A stretch of DNA of 64,000 nucleotides from Octopus sinensis (lineage: Eukaryota): positions 12,214,001-12,278,000 of the forward strand of contig NC_043010.1 in NCBI RefSeq assembly GCF_006345805.1, written 5' to 3'. The translations under genes and the position numbers were made by a program. Of this stretch, positions 52,374 to 64,000 are shown piece by piece (the first letter of the stretch is position 1; each line of letters opens with the position of its first letter). Under the pieces are notes generated by a model. The model worked only from the letters and a program-made list of their open reading frames with translations. It did no database searches and was not told where the DNA came from.

Positions 52374-53034
52374 TTATATTTAAAAACCAAGGTTCTAAAG
52401 TAAATATCGTTTATAGCTATTCACCCTCCTTGAAATACTGCAATTTCATTCACTTTCCTCAAAAAATGACATCCACCATGCCCCCACCCATGTTCCCCAC
52501 TGACTGTATTCATCTCTTTCCCTATCTCTAACCATTTGTCACTCTCTTTTCACACTCTCACAAACATACCTGTCGACCCACCTTTCTAGTCTTTAGTCTG
52601 TATACCTATTTTCCACCACACACCCCTTTTGGTACCCTGAGGGTGTGTTTTGACAGCCCAACCCCATCATCACTTTTTTTTTCTGTTTCCAGCTGGACTA
52701 ACCCTGTCCATCCTCCTCACCAGCACACCTGTTCCTGTCCCTCTGTCATACTTCGACTTCTAAAACACCTGGCATAAAGCCACCTCTCTCAGTACTAGAC
52801 CACCACTCAACTGAAGGGGTTTTGCCTCATGGGTTACTCGGTGACCCTCACTTGTTCCAGTGCCATGAAAACAATAAAAAAAAAAACCCAGTAGATTCGG
52901 CAAAGTTGTTGGCATTTGGCAGAAGAATCTAGCCATTGAAACCATACCAAAACTGACATTGAAGCTTACCGAAGTCATTTGGCTCATCAGATCCTGTCAA
53001 ACCATCTAACCCCTGCCAGCATTGATGACAGATG

Positions 53035-53262
53035 TTAAACGATGATGATAATGATAATGATGATGATGATGATGAGGATGATGATGGTGGTGATGATGAC
53101 AATGATGCCGACAACAACAACGGCGACAACTACAACAGCAATGATGGTGATGATGATGATGATGACAACGACAAAGATAATGATGATGGTGATAATGATG
53201 ATGATGATGATGAAGATGATGACGACAATGACAATAACAACATCAATGATGATGATGACGTA
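53035..53262. repeat. Degenerate (GAT/GAC/AAC)n trinucleotide tract after a family C-like tail
   Basis: Direct inspection. Confidence 0.9.
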
Positions 53263-53273
53263 TAATATCATAT

Positions 53274-53305
<32 letters not shown>

Positions 53306-53322
53306 GATATATATATATATAT

Positions 53323-53359
<37 letters not shown>

Positions 53360-53382
53360 ATATATATATATATATATATCTA

Positions 53383-54689
53383 TTAAGGTATGTAGAAAAA
53401 TACAACATGGACAAGAACGTATAACTCATAGAAGACGATACAATAAACATGGACAGGACATTCGAACCCCTCAGTCTTCAGTCAAGAACCGGATCATCGT
53501 AGTAATTTCGGCTGATTAATCTTGAGATTACTAGATCACGGCCAGCCCTTCAAGAAAAACTAAGCAACGAGCATTAGAAAAACTAAGCTGGAAGCGTAGA
53601 TTTCCTGGAAGAAGGATCGAATGCATACGAACACCAGGACAGCAAAAGGGACAGATATAAAAAAACAAAAAACAATAATGGAATACAGAAACATGAAATA
53701 CAGAAGCATTAACGGTGAAAACAACAAGTGTCTTACGACTGATAACAGCAAACAAATTTTTTCTCTGGCGCATTGGAAAAGCCTTTATAGCGGCGGACGA
53801 AAAACAACGATGTTACACGACGAGGCTACATACCTTAACATATATTCCAGGCGCCCCGTACCCCCCTTATCATTAATGTGAACACATATTCTTAATAATT
53901 GGTACGACTCTCTGTTTGTCTCTCTCTCTCTCTCTATTTTTACTTTCTCTCTATTCATCTTCTCTTTCCTCTGATCCTTTGGTCTAGTCTTCCACTACCC
54001 TCCTATTTCTTTGTCTCGCTCTGCACTCACAGGTCATCTTCGACACCCATCCTTCTCCTCTCTGATTCCTTCTTTCTCTCTCTTCTCTCTCTTTGTTGCG
54101 TTTTGTCCCCCTTTCTCTCTCTCTCTTCTTTGCTTCTCTTCTTTTCTTTTCCCTTCTCTTCTCTGTCACGTGACTGTTGGCCGAAATCTGCCTTTCAGCT
54201 CCTGACCCTCGTCGTGTTAACATCGTTGTTTTTCGTCCGCCGCTATAAAGGCTTTTTCCAATGCGCCAGAGAAAAAATTTGTTTGCTTGTTATCAGTCGT
54301 AAGACACTTGTTGTTTTCACCGTTAATGCTTCTGTATTTCATGTTTCTGTATTCCATTATTGTTTTTTGTTTTTTTTATATCTGTCCCTTTTGCTGTCCT
54401 GGTGTTCGTATGCATTCGATCCTTCTTCCAGGAAATCTACGCTTCCAGCTTAGTTTTTCTAATGCTCGTTGCTTAGTTTTTCTTGAAGGGCTGGCCGTGA
54501 TCTAGTAATCTCAAGAATTAATCAGCCGAAATTACTACGATGATCCGGTTCTTGACTGAAGACTGAGGGGTTCGAATGTCCTGTCCATGTTTATTGTATC
54601 GTCTTCTATGAGTTATACGTTCTTGTCCATGTTGTATTTTCTACATACCTTAACATATATTCCAGGCGCCCCGTACCCCCCCTTATCAT
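53383..54689. mobile_element. Young non-coding element with ~445-bp inverted repeats and 47-bp direct repeats, inserted in (TA)n (PLE-like architecture)
   Basis: 53383-53825 is the reverse complement of 54207-54653 with only a few indels. The direct repeat tacataccttaacatatattccaggcgccccgtacccccc(c)ttatcat occurs at 53827-53873 and 54642-54689. Confidence 0.8.
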
Positions 54690-54919
54690 ATATAATATAT
54701 ATATATATATATATATTTTATATATATATGTACTTTTATTTGTGTACAAAAGTACAGGCTTCCAGACAACAAGAATCAAAGCTTTGTGAGGTTCAATCTC
54801 ACAATTTTCTTAGGGATATTAGTGACTTAATTAACGTGATCTTAATTAAAAGTCAAAATTACATAATGAATATGTTTTCAGAAGCTTATCCATAAAGTTA
54901 TCTATAAAGTTATCCATAA

Positions 54920-54931
54920 AGAAGCCCGTCG

Positions 54932-54968
<37 letters not shown>

Positions 54969-55182
54969 TTGTGCGTCTGTGTTTGTCCCCCTAGCATTGC
55001 TTGACAACCGATGCTGGTGTGTTTACATCCCTGTAACTTAGCGGTTTTGCAAAAGAGACTGATAGAATAAGTACTGGGCTTACAAAGAATAGGTCCCAGG
55101 GTCGAGTTGCTCGATTAAAGGCGGTGCTCCAGCATGGCCGCAGTCAAATGACTGAAACAAGTAAAAGAGTAAAAGAGAGAGA
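54920..55182 (+). mobile_element. SINE family A, 5'-truncated, plus strand
   Basis: From aagaagcccgtcg through the 3' module to (gtaaaaga)n. Confidence 0.85.
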
Positions 55183-55289
55183 GTAACCTTAGCATGCAGG
55201 GGAGTCAAAATCAAGGGTCTGTATTGTATCACTAGTATTAAAGTATACATGTGTTATGCATGAAGGTGAGTGGTCAAGTGGTTTTGGAT

Positions 55290-55650
55290 ATTTGGCTCAT
55301 GATCGTGAGGTCAAAGTTCAATACCTGGTGGTGCATTTTAATTCATGTTGTTCCAGTCCATTCAGCTGGCTAAAATGAGAAGGATGTGACAAAGCTTTGT
55401 CACATCCTGTGACACACTGAATCTCCCTGAGAATTGCATTAAGGGTATGTGTACTTTCAGAGTTCAAATTCCGCCGAGGTCGACTTTGCCTTTCATCCTT
55501 TCGGGGTCGATAAATTAAGTACCAGTTACGCACTGGGGTCGATATAATCGACTTAATTTGTTTGTCTGTACTTGTTTGTCCTCTCTGTGTTTAGCCCCTT
55601 GTGGGTAATAAAGAAATAGGTATGTGTGTCTGTGGAGTGCTCAGCCACTC
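55290..55650 (+). mobile_element. tRNA-derived SINE sharing the tail of the 45072-45463 element, interrupted by a family B copy (about 55455-55622)
   Basis: ctgaatctccctgagaattgcattaagggt|...|gtctgtggagtgctcagccact matches the variant 3 tail. Confidence 0.6.
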
Positions 55651-55654
55651 ACAT

Positions 55655-55893
55655 GCTCTTTACTCTTTTACTTGTTTCAGCCATTTGACTGTGGCCATGC
55701 TGGAGTACCGCCTTTAGTCGTGCAAATCGACCCCAGGACTTATTCTTTGTAAGCCCAGTACTTATTCTATCGGTGTCTTTTGCCGAACTGCTAAGTTACG
55801 GGGACGTAAACACACCAGCATCGGTTGTCAAGCAATGCTAGGGGGACAAACACAGACACACAAACATATACACACACACATACATATATATGT

Positions 55894-55937
<44 letters not shown>

Positions 55938-55960
55938 GATGGGCTTCTTTCAGTTTCAGT
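55655..55960 (-). mobile_element. SINE family A, head truncated
   Basis: 3' module plus microsatellite. Confidence 0.85.
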
Positions 55961-56949
55961 CATTCGATCTGCAAGAAATACCAGCCAAATCTCCTTAAAT
56001 TAAATCATACCATTTTGCAAAATGTTAAGAAACATTTTGACTCACCAAGGGAGCCTCAATGCAATTGTATTGCTTGCTAGAAATAGCAGCTTATCTCCTG
56101 CAAATTAAACTGTAAAGTTTTACAAAATGGAAGAGCACATTTCAGCTAAAAGAGGGAGCAAATAGCAACCAAATCTACCTCACATTACATTTTGCAAAAT
56201 GGAATGATGCCTTTTGAACCAGTGAGAGAGGTTCTACACAGATGCATGACGTGCTAAAACTAGCAGTCAAAAGGTAAGGTATATGTGCAAATGAGTGGGT
56301 GGTCATAGCTGGAACTGCTTTGATAAGGAGTCCGTTAAATCAGAGCTGGCATGGGCCTTAGCAACAACATCAACACCAGAAAAACACATTAGCTAAAATA
56401 GTTTTATATATGCAAAAGATTGGATGGTCATAGCTGGAGTACTTTTAATCATAGGTCTACAATCTGAGTCATAAGAAATAGCAGCAACAATGATGAAAGG
56501 ACACATTGGACAATGTGGTTGTATGTACACAGAAGGTGGGATAGACATGTCTGGAAATCTTTTGATCATGGGTCTGCTTGAGCACAGCTGACCTCAGGGA
56601 CCAAACAACTACTGATATAAAGTTCACTAAAATCATCAAACATTGCTGTGTAGATGGATGATAAATGTTGAGACCAAATACTATCACACGTAAATAAGTC
56701 TAATGACTACAGACGCAAACAAGAACAATTTACACAAGTATTTCAGTTCTTCCAACAAAATCTTTGAACTTTATATATAAAAAGAAAACAGAAAACTCAA
56801 TATATTTTAATTGGCTTCAGAAATATTGATTTATATATATATATATATATATATTGGCACAAAAATCATAGATTTCTGATTTGGTCAATATGCAAACACA
56901 TACATATTCACATTTTAGATAAAATCTCCCCTCTCAAACCACAACATCT

Positions 56950-57362
56950 CTCTTTTACTCTTTTTACTTGTTTCAGTCATTTGACTGCAGCCATGCTGGA
57001 GCACCGCCTTTAGTGGAGGAAATCAACCCCGGGACTTATTCTTTGTAAGCCCAGTACTTATTCTATCGATCTCTTTTGCTGAACCGCTAAGTGACGGGGA
57101 CGTAAACACACCAGCATCGGTTGTCAAGCAATGCTAGGGGGACAAACACAGACACACAAAACACAACACACAACATACATATATATATATACATATATAT
57201 ATACGACAGGCTTCTTTCAGTTTCCGTCTACCAATCCATCACAAGGCATTGGTCGGCCCGAGGCAATAGCAGAAGACACTTGCCAAGATGCCACGCAGTG
57301 GGACTGAACCCGGAACCATGTGGTTGGTTAGCAAGCTACTTACCACACACCCACTCCTGCGC
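56950..57362 (-). mobile_element. SINE family A, full length
   Basis: Near-consensus. Confidence 0.9.
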
Positions 57363-57519
57363 CTAGCTTCTCTAAATATTTATCAACCACCGAGCTGTGG
57401 CCTTCCTCTATCGTTTCTACCACTGTAACCAACTACATTTTCCAAACCAATGAGGGAAGAACATCTGTGCGGTCATTCAGTTTGCTAGAAAAAAGCATTT
57501 GAATCAGAACGTAACAACT

Positions 57520-57690
57520 GTTACGTTCTGAGTTCAAATTCCGCTGAGGTCGACTTTGCCTTTCATCCTGTCTGGGTAGATAAATTAAGTACCAGTTATG
57601 CACTGGGGTCGATGTAATCGACTTAATCCCTTTGTCTGTCCTTGTTTGTCTCCTCTATGTTTAGCCCCTTGTGGGCAATAAAGAAATAAG
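57520..57690 (+). mobile_element. SINE family B, 5'-truncated
   Basis: Family B body and tail. Confidence 0.85.
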
Positions 57691-58074
57691 GAACAGCATT
57701 TGAATTCCCCCAAAATCAAAGCTCAGCAGCTTAAGCACAGAACTATACGTTGCATCACATAGTAATAAATATCTCTAAATTTATTAGGATGGAATGCTTT
57801 TCACCACAGGTTTAACTTAATGAAGGTTGGACTAAAACTGACAGTAACAACTGTACTTCCTTTCTTTGGTAATTCTGCACAATTACACTGCCTTCTTTCA
57901 CCCCTACTCAAGTTACCTCAATGTTTTCCATAGCTTCTCTTTCTTCCTATCTTATATTTCATATCTTCTAATCAGCAACAACTGAAAATAAATGTCTACT
58001 TGACTAAATTCATAAAATTCTGAAAGGGATTCAACCTTTCGTTATCATATTTCTTCTAAAATAAACTGCTTTCA

Positions 58075-58324
58075 TCATCATAATCATCATCGTTTAACGT
58101 CCACTTTCCATGCTAGCATGGGTTGTACGGTTCGACTGGGGTCTGGAAAGCCAGGAGGCTGCACCAGACTCCAATCTGATCTGGCAGAGTTTCTACAGCT
58201 GGATGCCCATTCTAACGCCAACCACTCCGTGAGTCTAGTGGGTGCTTTTTACGTGCTACCAGCACAGGTGCCAGGGGAAGTTGGCAACGGCCACGATTGG
58301 TTGGTGCTTTTTACATGCCACTGG
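58075..58324 (-). mobile_element. SINE-like family C running into the assembly gap
   Basis: The tail and core are present; the 5' units are cut by the Ns. Confidence 0.85.
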
Positions 58325-58423
58325 NNNNNNNNNNNNNNNNNNNNNNNNNNNNNNNNNNNNNNNNNNNNNNNNNNNNNNNNNNNNNNNNNNNNNNNNNNNN
58401 NNNNNNNNNNNNNNNNNNNNNNN
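58325..58423. other. Assembly gap (99 N)
   Basis: Run of N. Confidence 1.
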
Positions 58424-58773
58424 NGTGTGGTGTTGTGTGTGTGTGTGTTGTGTTTGTGTGTGGTGTGTTGTGTGTGTGTGTGTGTTTGTGTGTGTGTTGT
58501 GTGTGTGTGTGGTGTGTGTGTTTTTGTGTGTGTGTGTAACAAGCTTTTTTACTTGTTCCAACTTCCACTCACAAAGATATTGTAAAAGACCTTTGTTGAA
58601 GGTACCACTGTGAGATTGAAACCAAAAGTCATTTCATTGTGGCGCAAATATCTTAACTATGCACCTATATATGCACCTACCTAGATGACTAACTCTTGTC
58701 AAGAAAAGTAAGAAAGAGAAAGAGAGAGAGGGAGAGAGTGAGAGAGAGAAAGAGAGACTGAGGTTGTTTCTTT

Positions 58774-59001
58774 TTAACCCTTTAGTGCTCAGATTACTCT
58801 GTTAAATGTAATATTTTTTTTATTCAAATTGTTTTGAATTAATCATGCATTATCTCATAGCTTTGAGGTTTCAATGATGTGATTGTTTATTTTTAGAATG
58901 GCATTGTAGGTTAGGTGTGAGAGCCTAGATATTGCCAGTTTGAATATAAAACATATAGAATAGTTGGGCTGGATATGGCCGGTTTAAATACTAAGGGTTA
59001 A
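58774..59001. mobile_element. piggyBac-like MITE (220 bp between TTAA sites)
   Basis: TTAA|ccctttagt ... actaaggg|TTAA. Confidence 0.75.
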
Positions 59002-60053
59002 ACAAAAATTAGTCATTTAGTAATAAAGATTTTTCTTAAAAATATTTTTCTTCTTCATTAAGAGATTAACTTTAATTAATTTTAATTAATTAAAATTTGT
59101 ATGACCATTACATTAAACATATTAGTATCCACTTGACTACTGATATCTACTAGTTAAGAGGTTAACACACGCTCTTTCTCTATAATGATTTATTTGTCTA
59201 AGAATAGTTATTTTTGGTTGAAATATATTGAAGTGTTTTGAACAAACTCCCTGTGGAATAGTACTGATGTTTGCTTTGTATGGTTACTTTGATAGATCTT
59301 GACGTCAATGCCAACACATTTTCGTCTGTTCTGAAATTCATAAATTTTCATCACAAAATAAAATATTGAATGTTTGAATAGAAATCTGAAATGCTAACGG
59401 AGTGTCTGTGTAAAGATGATAGAGTGCCTATAATGATATACATCACTAGCGAATTTTTAAAAATATATACACATAAAAATTTATGTATACACACACACAG
59501 ACACATGTTTACACAAACACACACATATTCAAATACGCATACATTTATATCAATATATACCTTCATGCATATATATATATACATTTACATATACATACCT
59601 ACGTACATACACACACACACAGACACATACATATATATATCATAATCATCATCATCATCTTTATCATCACCATCATCGCTGTCACCATCATCAACAGCAG
59701 CGCCACCATCATCATTGTCATCATCATCATCATCACCACACTTTAACATCTGTTTTTCATGCTGGTATGGATTGAATGACTTGACAAGATGTTATGAGTT
59801 GGAGGACTGCATTGGGCTCCACTATCTTTTGGCATGGTTTCTATGGCTGGGCACACTTCCTAATGCAAACCACTTTACGGAGAATACTGGGCGCTTTTCT
59901 TTGTGGCACCAGAACCAAAAATCATATGAATATGCATAATATATGCGGCATTTATATACATACAAAAGCACGCGTGCACACATGCTACCAGATATAAACA
60001 ACATTCATTTTATTATCTAATACATACATACATACATATATATATATATATGT

Positions 60054-60340
60054 GGAGGCGCAATGGCCCAGTGGTTAGGGTAGAGGACTCACGGTTTCGA
60101 TTTCCAGACCGGGCATTGTGAGTGTTTATTGAGCGAAAACACCTAAAACTCCACGAGGCTCCGGCAGGGGGTGGTGGCGATCCCTGCTGTACTCTTTTGC
60201 CACAACTTTCTCTCACTCTTTCTTCTGTTGGCCTGTTCGCTTAGCCAGTGGGGTGGCATCATTTAAAGGCTAAAACAATGCGAAATGCATTGTGACCAGC
60301 AATGTGTAGCAACATCTGATAGCCTGGTCAGTTACGGTGA
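60054..60340 (+). mobile_element. SINE family D, tail variant 4
   Basis: Same head and core as 45072-45463 with a small deletion, then an unrelated tail ending in (TA)n. Confidence 0.85.
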
Positions 60341-60353
60341 TATATATATATAT

Positions 60354-60678
60354 AAAAGTAATTTTAGAGACAGAACCATCTTCAATTCAATCAACACTAA
60401 AAGGTTTTATAAACACCACTCCATAAAATGTTAAATATTATATCTTATACTAACTGTATCTATTCGGAATCCTGTATTTTCTGTTTATAAGACAACACGT
60501 TGTTTCATGAAAGTATGTCGGGATTGAAACAAGTGTAGTCTTATAAACAGAAAATACAGGATTCAGAATAGATATAGTTAGTATAAGATTTAATTTTTAA
60601 CATTTTATGGAGTGGTCGGGTATAAGATCTTTCTGTGTTGATTGAGTTGAAGGTGGTTCTGTCTCTAAAATTACTTTT
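60354..60678. mobile_element. Foldback MITE (325 bp, almost entirely palindromic)
   Basis: aaaagtaattttagagacagaacc ... ggttctgtctctaaaattactttt. Arms are ~150 bp with a ~16-nt central loop, flanked by TA repeats. Confidence 0.85.
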
Positions 60679-60798
60679 GTATATACAAATTAAACATTGA
60701 GAGATGTTCATTTTAGTACGTTTAATTTGAATGCCTTTTCCCTGTGTACTTAGAAGTAATATTCCCTAATAATTATAATATATAAGTATATAATATAG

Positions 60799-60843
<45 letters not shown>

Positions 60844-60960
60844 ATTATTTGAGGGAATATAAATCCAAACTTACAGGAAAAAAATTCAATTTAGAAATAC
60901 TAAATCAAGTTTCACACAATATAATAATATATATATAATATTATATATATAATATACCAC

Positions 60961-61001
<41 letters not shown>

Positions 61002-61049
61002 TATATATGTACATGTTAAATAAAATGAGACAACAGAGCCAAGGCTGTG

Positions 61050-61450
61050 TGGAATTTATAGGACATTTATGAAGAGGAAGGTAGTCTTAAGGTTTTTGTG
61101 AAGGAATAGATATGTCCTTAAGAGAGATGCCAAGGGATTGTTTATCCATTATATAAGCGTTGCCTGTAATAAGTGCTTGTATTAGCAAGGAAGCAATGAT
61201 ATGAGAGGTATTGGTATCCAGAAGACCCAAGACGGCAGATAAGGCAATGTAAGGGCTACTGGAGGACCATAGTTAGACTATCAGTTCGATAATAATATGA
61301 GTGAGGAGTCTAATAGATATGATAGAATCTCCCATCAAAGACGATGTATGAGTGTTCAGTTTCTGCTGAATGACCAGCTCACAAATAATCTTTTTATAGT
61401 GATTAAATTCATGCGTTGGGCATTATCTTATTCCCTCCATCAAATTGATG
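61050..61450 (-). mobile_element. Possible ancient L2/CR1 3'-end fragment
   Basis: Only weak remnants (KNLKTTFL-like) near an A/T-rich end. Highly decayed. Confidence 0.25.
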
Positions 61451-61519
61451 TTACCTGAACAGGTGCACAGTGTATAGCATGTCAGATGTTTAATTGATTG
61501 CAAAGCTATGCGAGATGAA

Positions 61520-61940
61520 GTGGTTCTTCCAAGAAAGAAGGAAAGAAGGAGAATTTAATGTTTTGAGCGGAGCTCTTCGTCAGAAACATAGGAAAAGGAA
61601 AGATCCAAATGGAAGACGGAGGAAAAAAAATCGCCAACGGTACACACGCGGTCACATTTTGAAAATATATATATATATATATGTGTGTGTGGGCAATAAA
61701 TAAATAGTATAAATAGTATATATATACACACACACACACACATATATATATAGTTAATCCAAACAAGAAAGCGCAAAAAAACACAACGCGAGGACGTGGA
61801 ACAAATATAGTATTATTGGACGCTCAAGAAAGAAGGAAAGAAGGAGGGTTTAACGTTTCAAGTGGAGCTCTTCATCGGATACATAGGAGAAGGAAAGATC
61901 CAGAGAAGGGAAGTCAGAGGAAAAAAAATCGCCAGCATAT
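61520..61940 (-). mobile_element. Tandem pair of hammerhead-containing units homologous to 4680-4912
   Basis: Motifs at 61554-61587 (CUGACGAA|gagc-tcc-gctc|AAA, G12A) and 61848-61881 (CCGAUGAA|gagc-tcc-actt|GAA|acgt|U), both degenerate. Confidence 0.75.
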
Positions 61941-62321
61941 ATATATCAATCCACCTATCTATCTATCTATCTATTTAACTGGCTATGCGTACATAGAGAT
62001 ATATCTACACACTGACATATATGTGTGTATGTATGTGTATGTGCATGTATGTGTTTGTATAGGTTGATATGTAAGTAAAAGAAAAATTTCAAGGAAGCCT
62101 AGCAGATCGATATTTGTAAAATTTATGTCTTTGGGAGAAGAAAGAAACTTCTGATGGTCAAATAAAACCTTAGGTTGAAAAGATTCAAACAATTGTCTTT
62201 TGGCCAACTTAGTTTCGTTTTTATATGTACATATATATATATTATATATACACAAAATAATAATAAATATTGTGGGCAATAAATAAATAGTATAAATAGT
62301 ATATATACCTACAACACACAC

Positions 62322-62361
<40 letters not shown>

Positions 62362-63129
62362 TATCTATATATATACCACCCACACATATATATATATATA
62401 AACATACACACAAATATGAGTACAGGACGTCACCAATGTTGTAAACAACATGAAATACGTAACACAAGCAAGTTAAATATGTAAAACCAGAGGAGAAAAA
62501 TGGAAAACAGGACAAGTAAACACAGAGAAAGAACCCTTATCAGTTGTCAGCTGTTGTCTAATATCTAATATATATACATGCACTACATATTGTATGTATA
62601 TATATATTATATATATATATATTATATATATATTATATATATATATATATATTATGTAATGTATGTTGTGCATGTATGTGTGTTCAGAGGCAGAGATAGT
62701 GGGGAAGGGAGTACTAGATGGCTATGTAAACGCACAAAAACATAAGATACATTATATAATAAATATAAAAGTAGTGGAAATTTGATTTTTCCAATTCTTT
62801 ATTCTGGTTGAACAACTTTTAGTGATAATTTTTTTATTTTAACTTTCCAACTCTGATTAGCATGTACATCAATAACACTATAAAACAAAGAATAATAAAT
62901 GCTTTGAGGTTGTTGTTTTGTTTTGTTTTGTTTTTTTTTTCTTGCTTTTTTTTTTGTCTTTTTGTCTTTAAGATACAAAAGATCTCAGAGTGATTATTGA
63001 TAAGGACATGTTGTTTTAAGTACACTGCAGATGTTATTTGAAAACAAACTACCAGGTTACTTCAAATAAGAGAAAGTGAAACATTTACACTGTTTGACAA
63101 AAAAATTCTATTTTGATATTATCTAAGGT

Positions 63130-63470
63130 GGCACGCTGGCAGAGTTGCTAGCAAGCCAGGTAAAATGCTTAGCAACATTTTGTTTGTCTTTACATTCTGA
63201 GTTCAAATTCCACCGAGGTCGACTTTATCTTTCATCCTTTCAGGACCAATAAAGTAAGTACCAGTTGAGCACTAGTGTTAATGAAATCGATCTTCATCCC
63301 TCCCCTGGACTTTCTGACCTTGTGCCAAAATTTCAAACCAAAAATGTCTAAGGTGGCAAGTTGGCAGAATCGTTAGCATGCCAGGCAAAATGTTTAGCAG
63401 CATTTTATCTGTCTTTATGCTCTGAGTTCAAATCCTGCCATGATTTACTTTGCCTTTCATCCTTTCAGGA
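63130..63470 (+). mobile_element. Two SINE family B copies (older subfamily)
   Basis: Both start tctaaggtggc...tggcaga.t.g.tagca.gccagg. Confidence 0.8.
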
Positions 63471-63471
63471 T

Positions 63472-63684
63472 TACTCTTTTACTTGTTTCAGTCATTTGAC
63501 TGTGGCCATGCCGGAGCACTGCCTTTTAGTCGAGCAAATCGACCCCAGGACTTACTCTTTGTAAGCTAGTACTAATTCTATCAGTTGCTTTTTGTGGAAC
63601 TGCTAAGTTACGGGGACGTATACACACCAGCATTGGTTGTCAAGCGATGTTGGGGGGACAAACACAGACATACACAAACATACA

Positions 63685-63739
<55 letters not shown>

Positions 63740-63742
63740 CAC

Positions 63743-63773
<31 letters not shown>

Positions 63774-63840
63774 ATATATACTATTTACGATGGGTTTCTT
63801 TTGGTTTCCATCTACCAAATACACTCACAAAGCTTTGTGC
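63472..63840 (-). mobile_element. SINE family A, head truncated
   Basis: 3' module plus a long (CA)/(TA) microsatellite. Confidence 0.85.
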
Positions 63841-64000
63841 TGGCTGGTGCCCATTCTCCTTTGCTATCAGTTTCTAGACATGAGTGGTCCTGAGACCAAG
63901 GCCTCTACTATGGTTTTAAAGAAATGTGGTGGCAAACTAGCGCAGGGACGCTACTTCCTGAGGCCCCAGCTAAATGTTAGTGTTAAATTGATTGAAGAAT

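Noticed and set aside
53035-53386. Asp-rich, Met-rich and Ile-rich ORFs
   Set aside because: Frames of a degenerate trinucleotide tract following a SINE tail.
54556-54580. Hammerhead in the 53-54 kb inverted-repeat element
   Set aside because: CUGAAGA and GAA are present, but no stem II or stem III pairing could be built.
58424-58540. Unusual G/T-only sequence after the gap
   Set aside because: An irregular (GT)n at a contig edge, typical of low-quality consensus.

Overview
AT-rich eukaryotic non-coding DNA, most likely from an octopod cephalopod (Octopus). This is inferred from the extreme (TA)n/(CA)n/(TACA)n load and from repeat families I recognise from memory; no database search was run. 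No intact host gene could be identified, and most ORFs in the supplied track are microsatellite or SINE read-throughs. The window is a mosaic of at least five tRNA-derived or LINE-tailed SINE-like families (labelled A-E here), several DNA-transposon MITEs (pogo/Tigger-like, piggyBac-like, foldback), a Helitron-like 5' end, a 5'-truncated CR1-like LINE with a 67-bp flanking duplication, a complex satellite, a 1.14-kb tandem duplication and a 99-N gap. The strongest theme is Penelope-like elements (PLEs): a degraded but near-complete RT + GIY-YIG element at 16974-20033, a second GIY-YIG fragment at 3180-3729, and ten minimal type I hammerhead-ribozyme-like motifs in four structural families. Most hammerhead motifs sit in short non-coding units that abut (TA)n tracts, and three elements carry inverted copies of their own ends.
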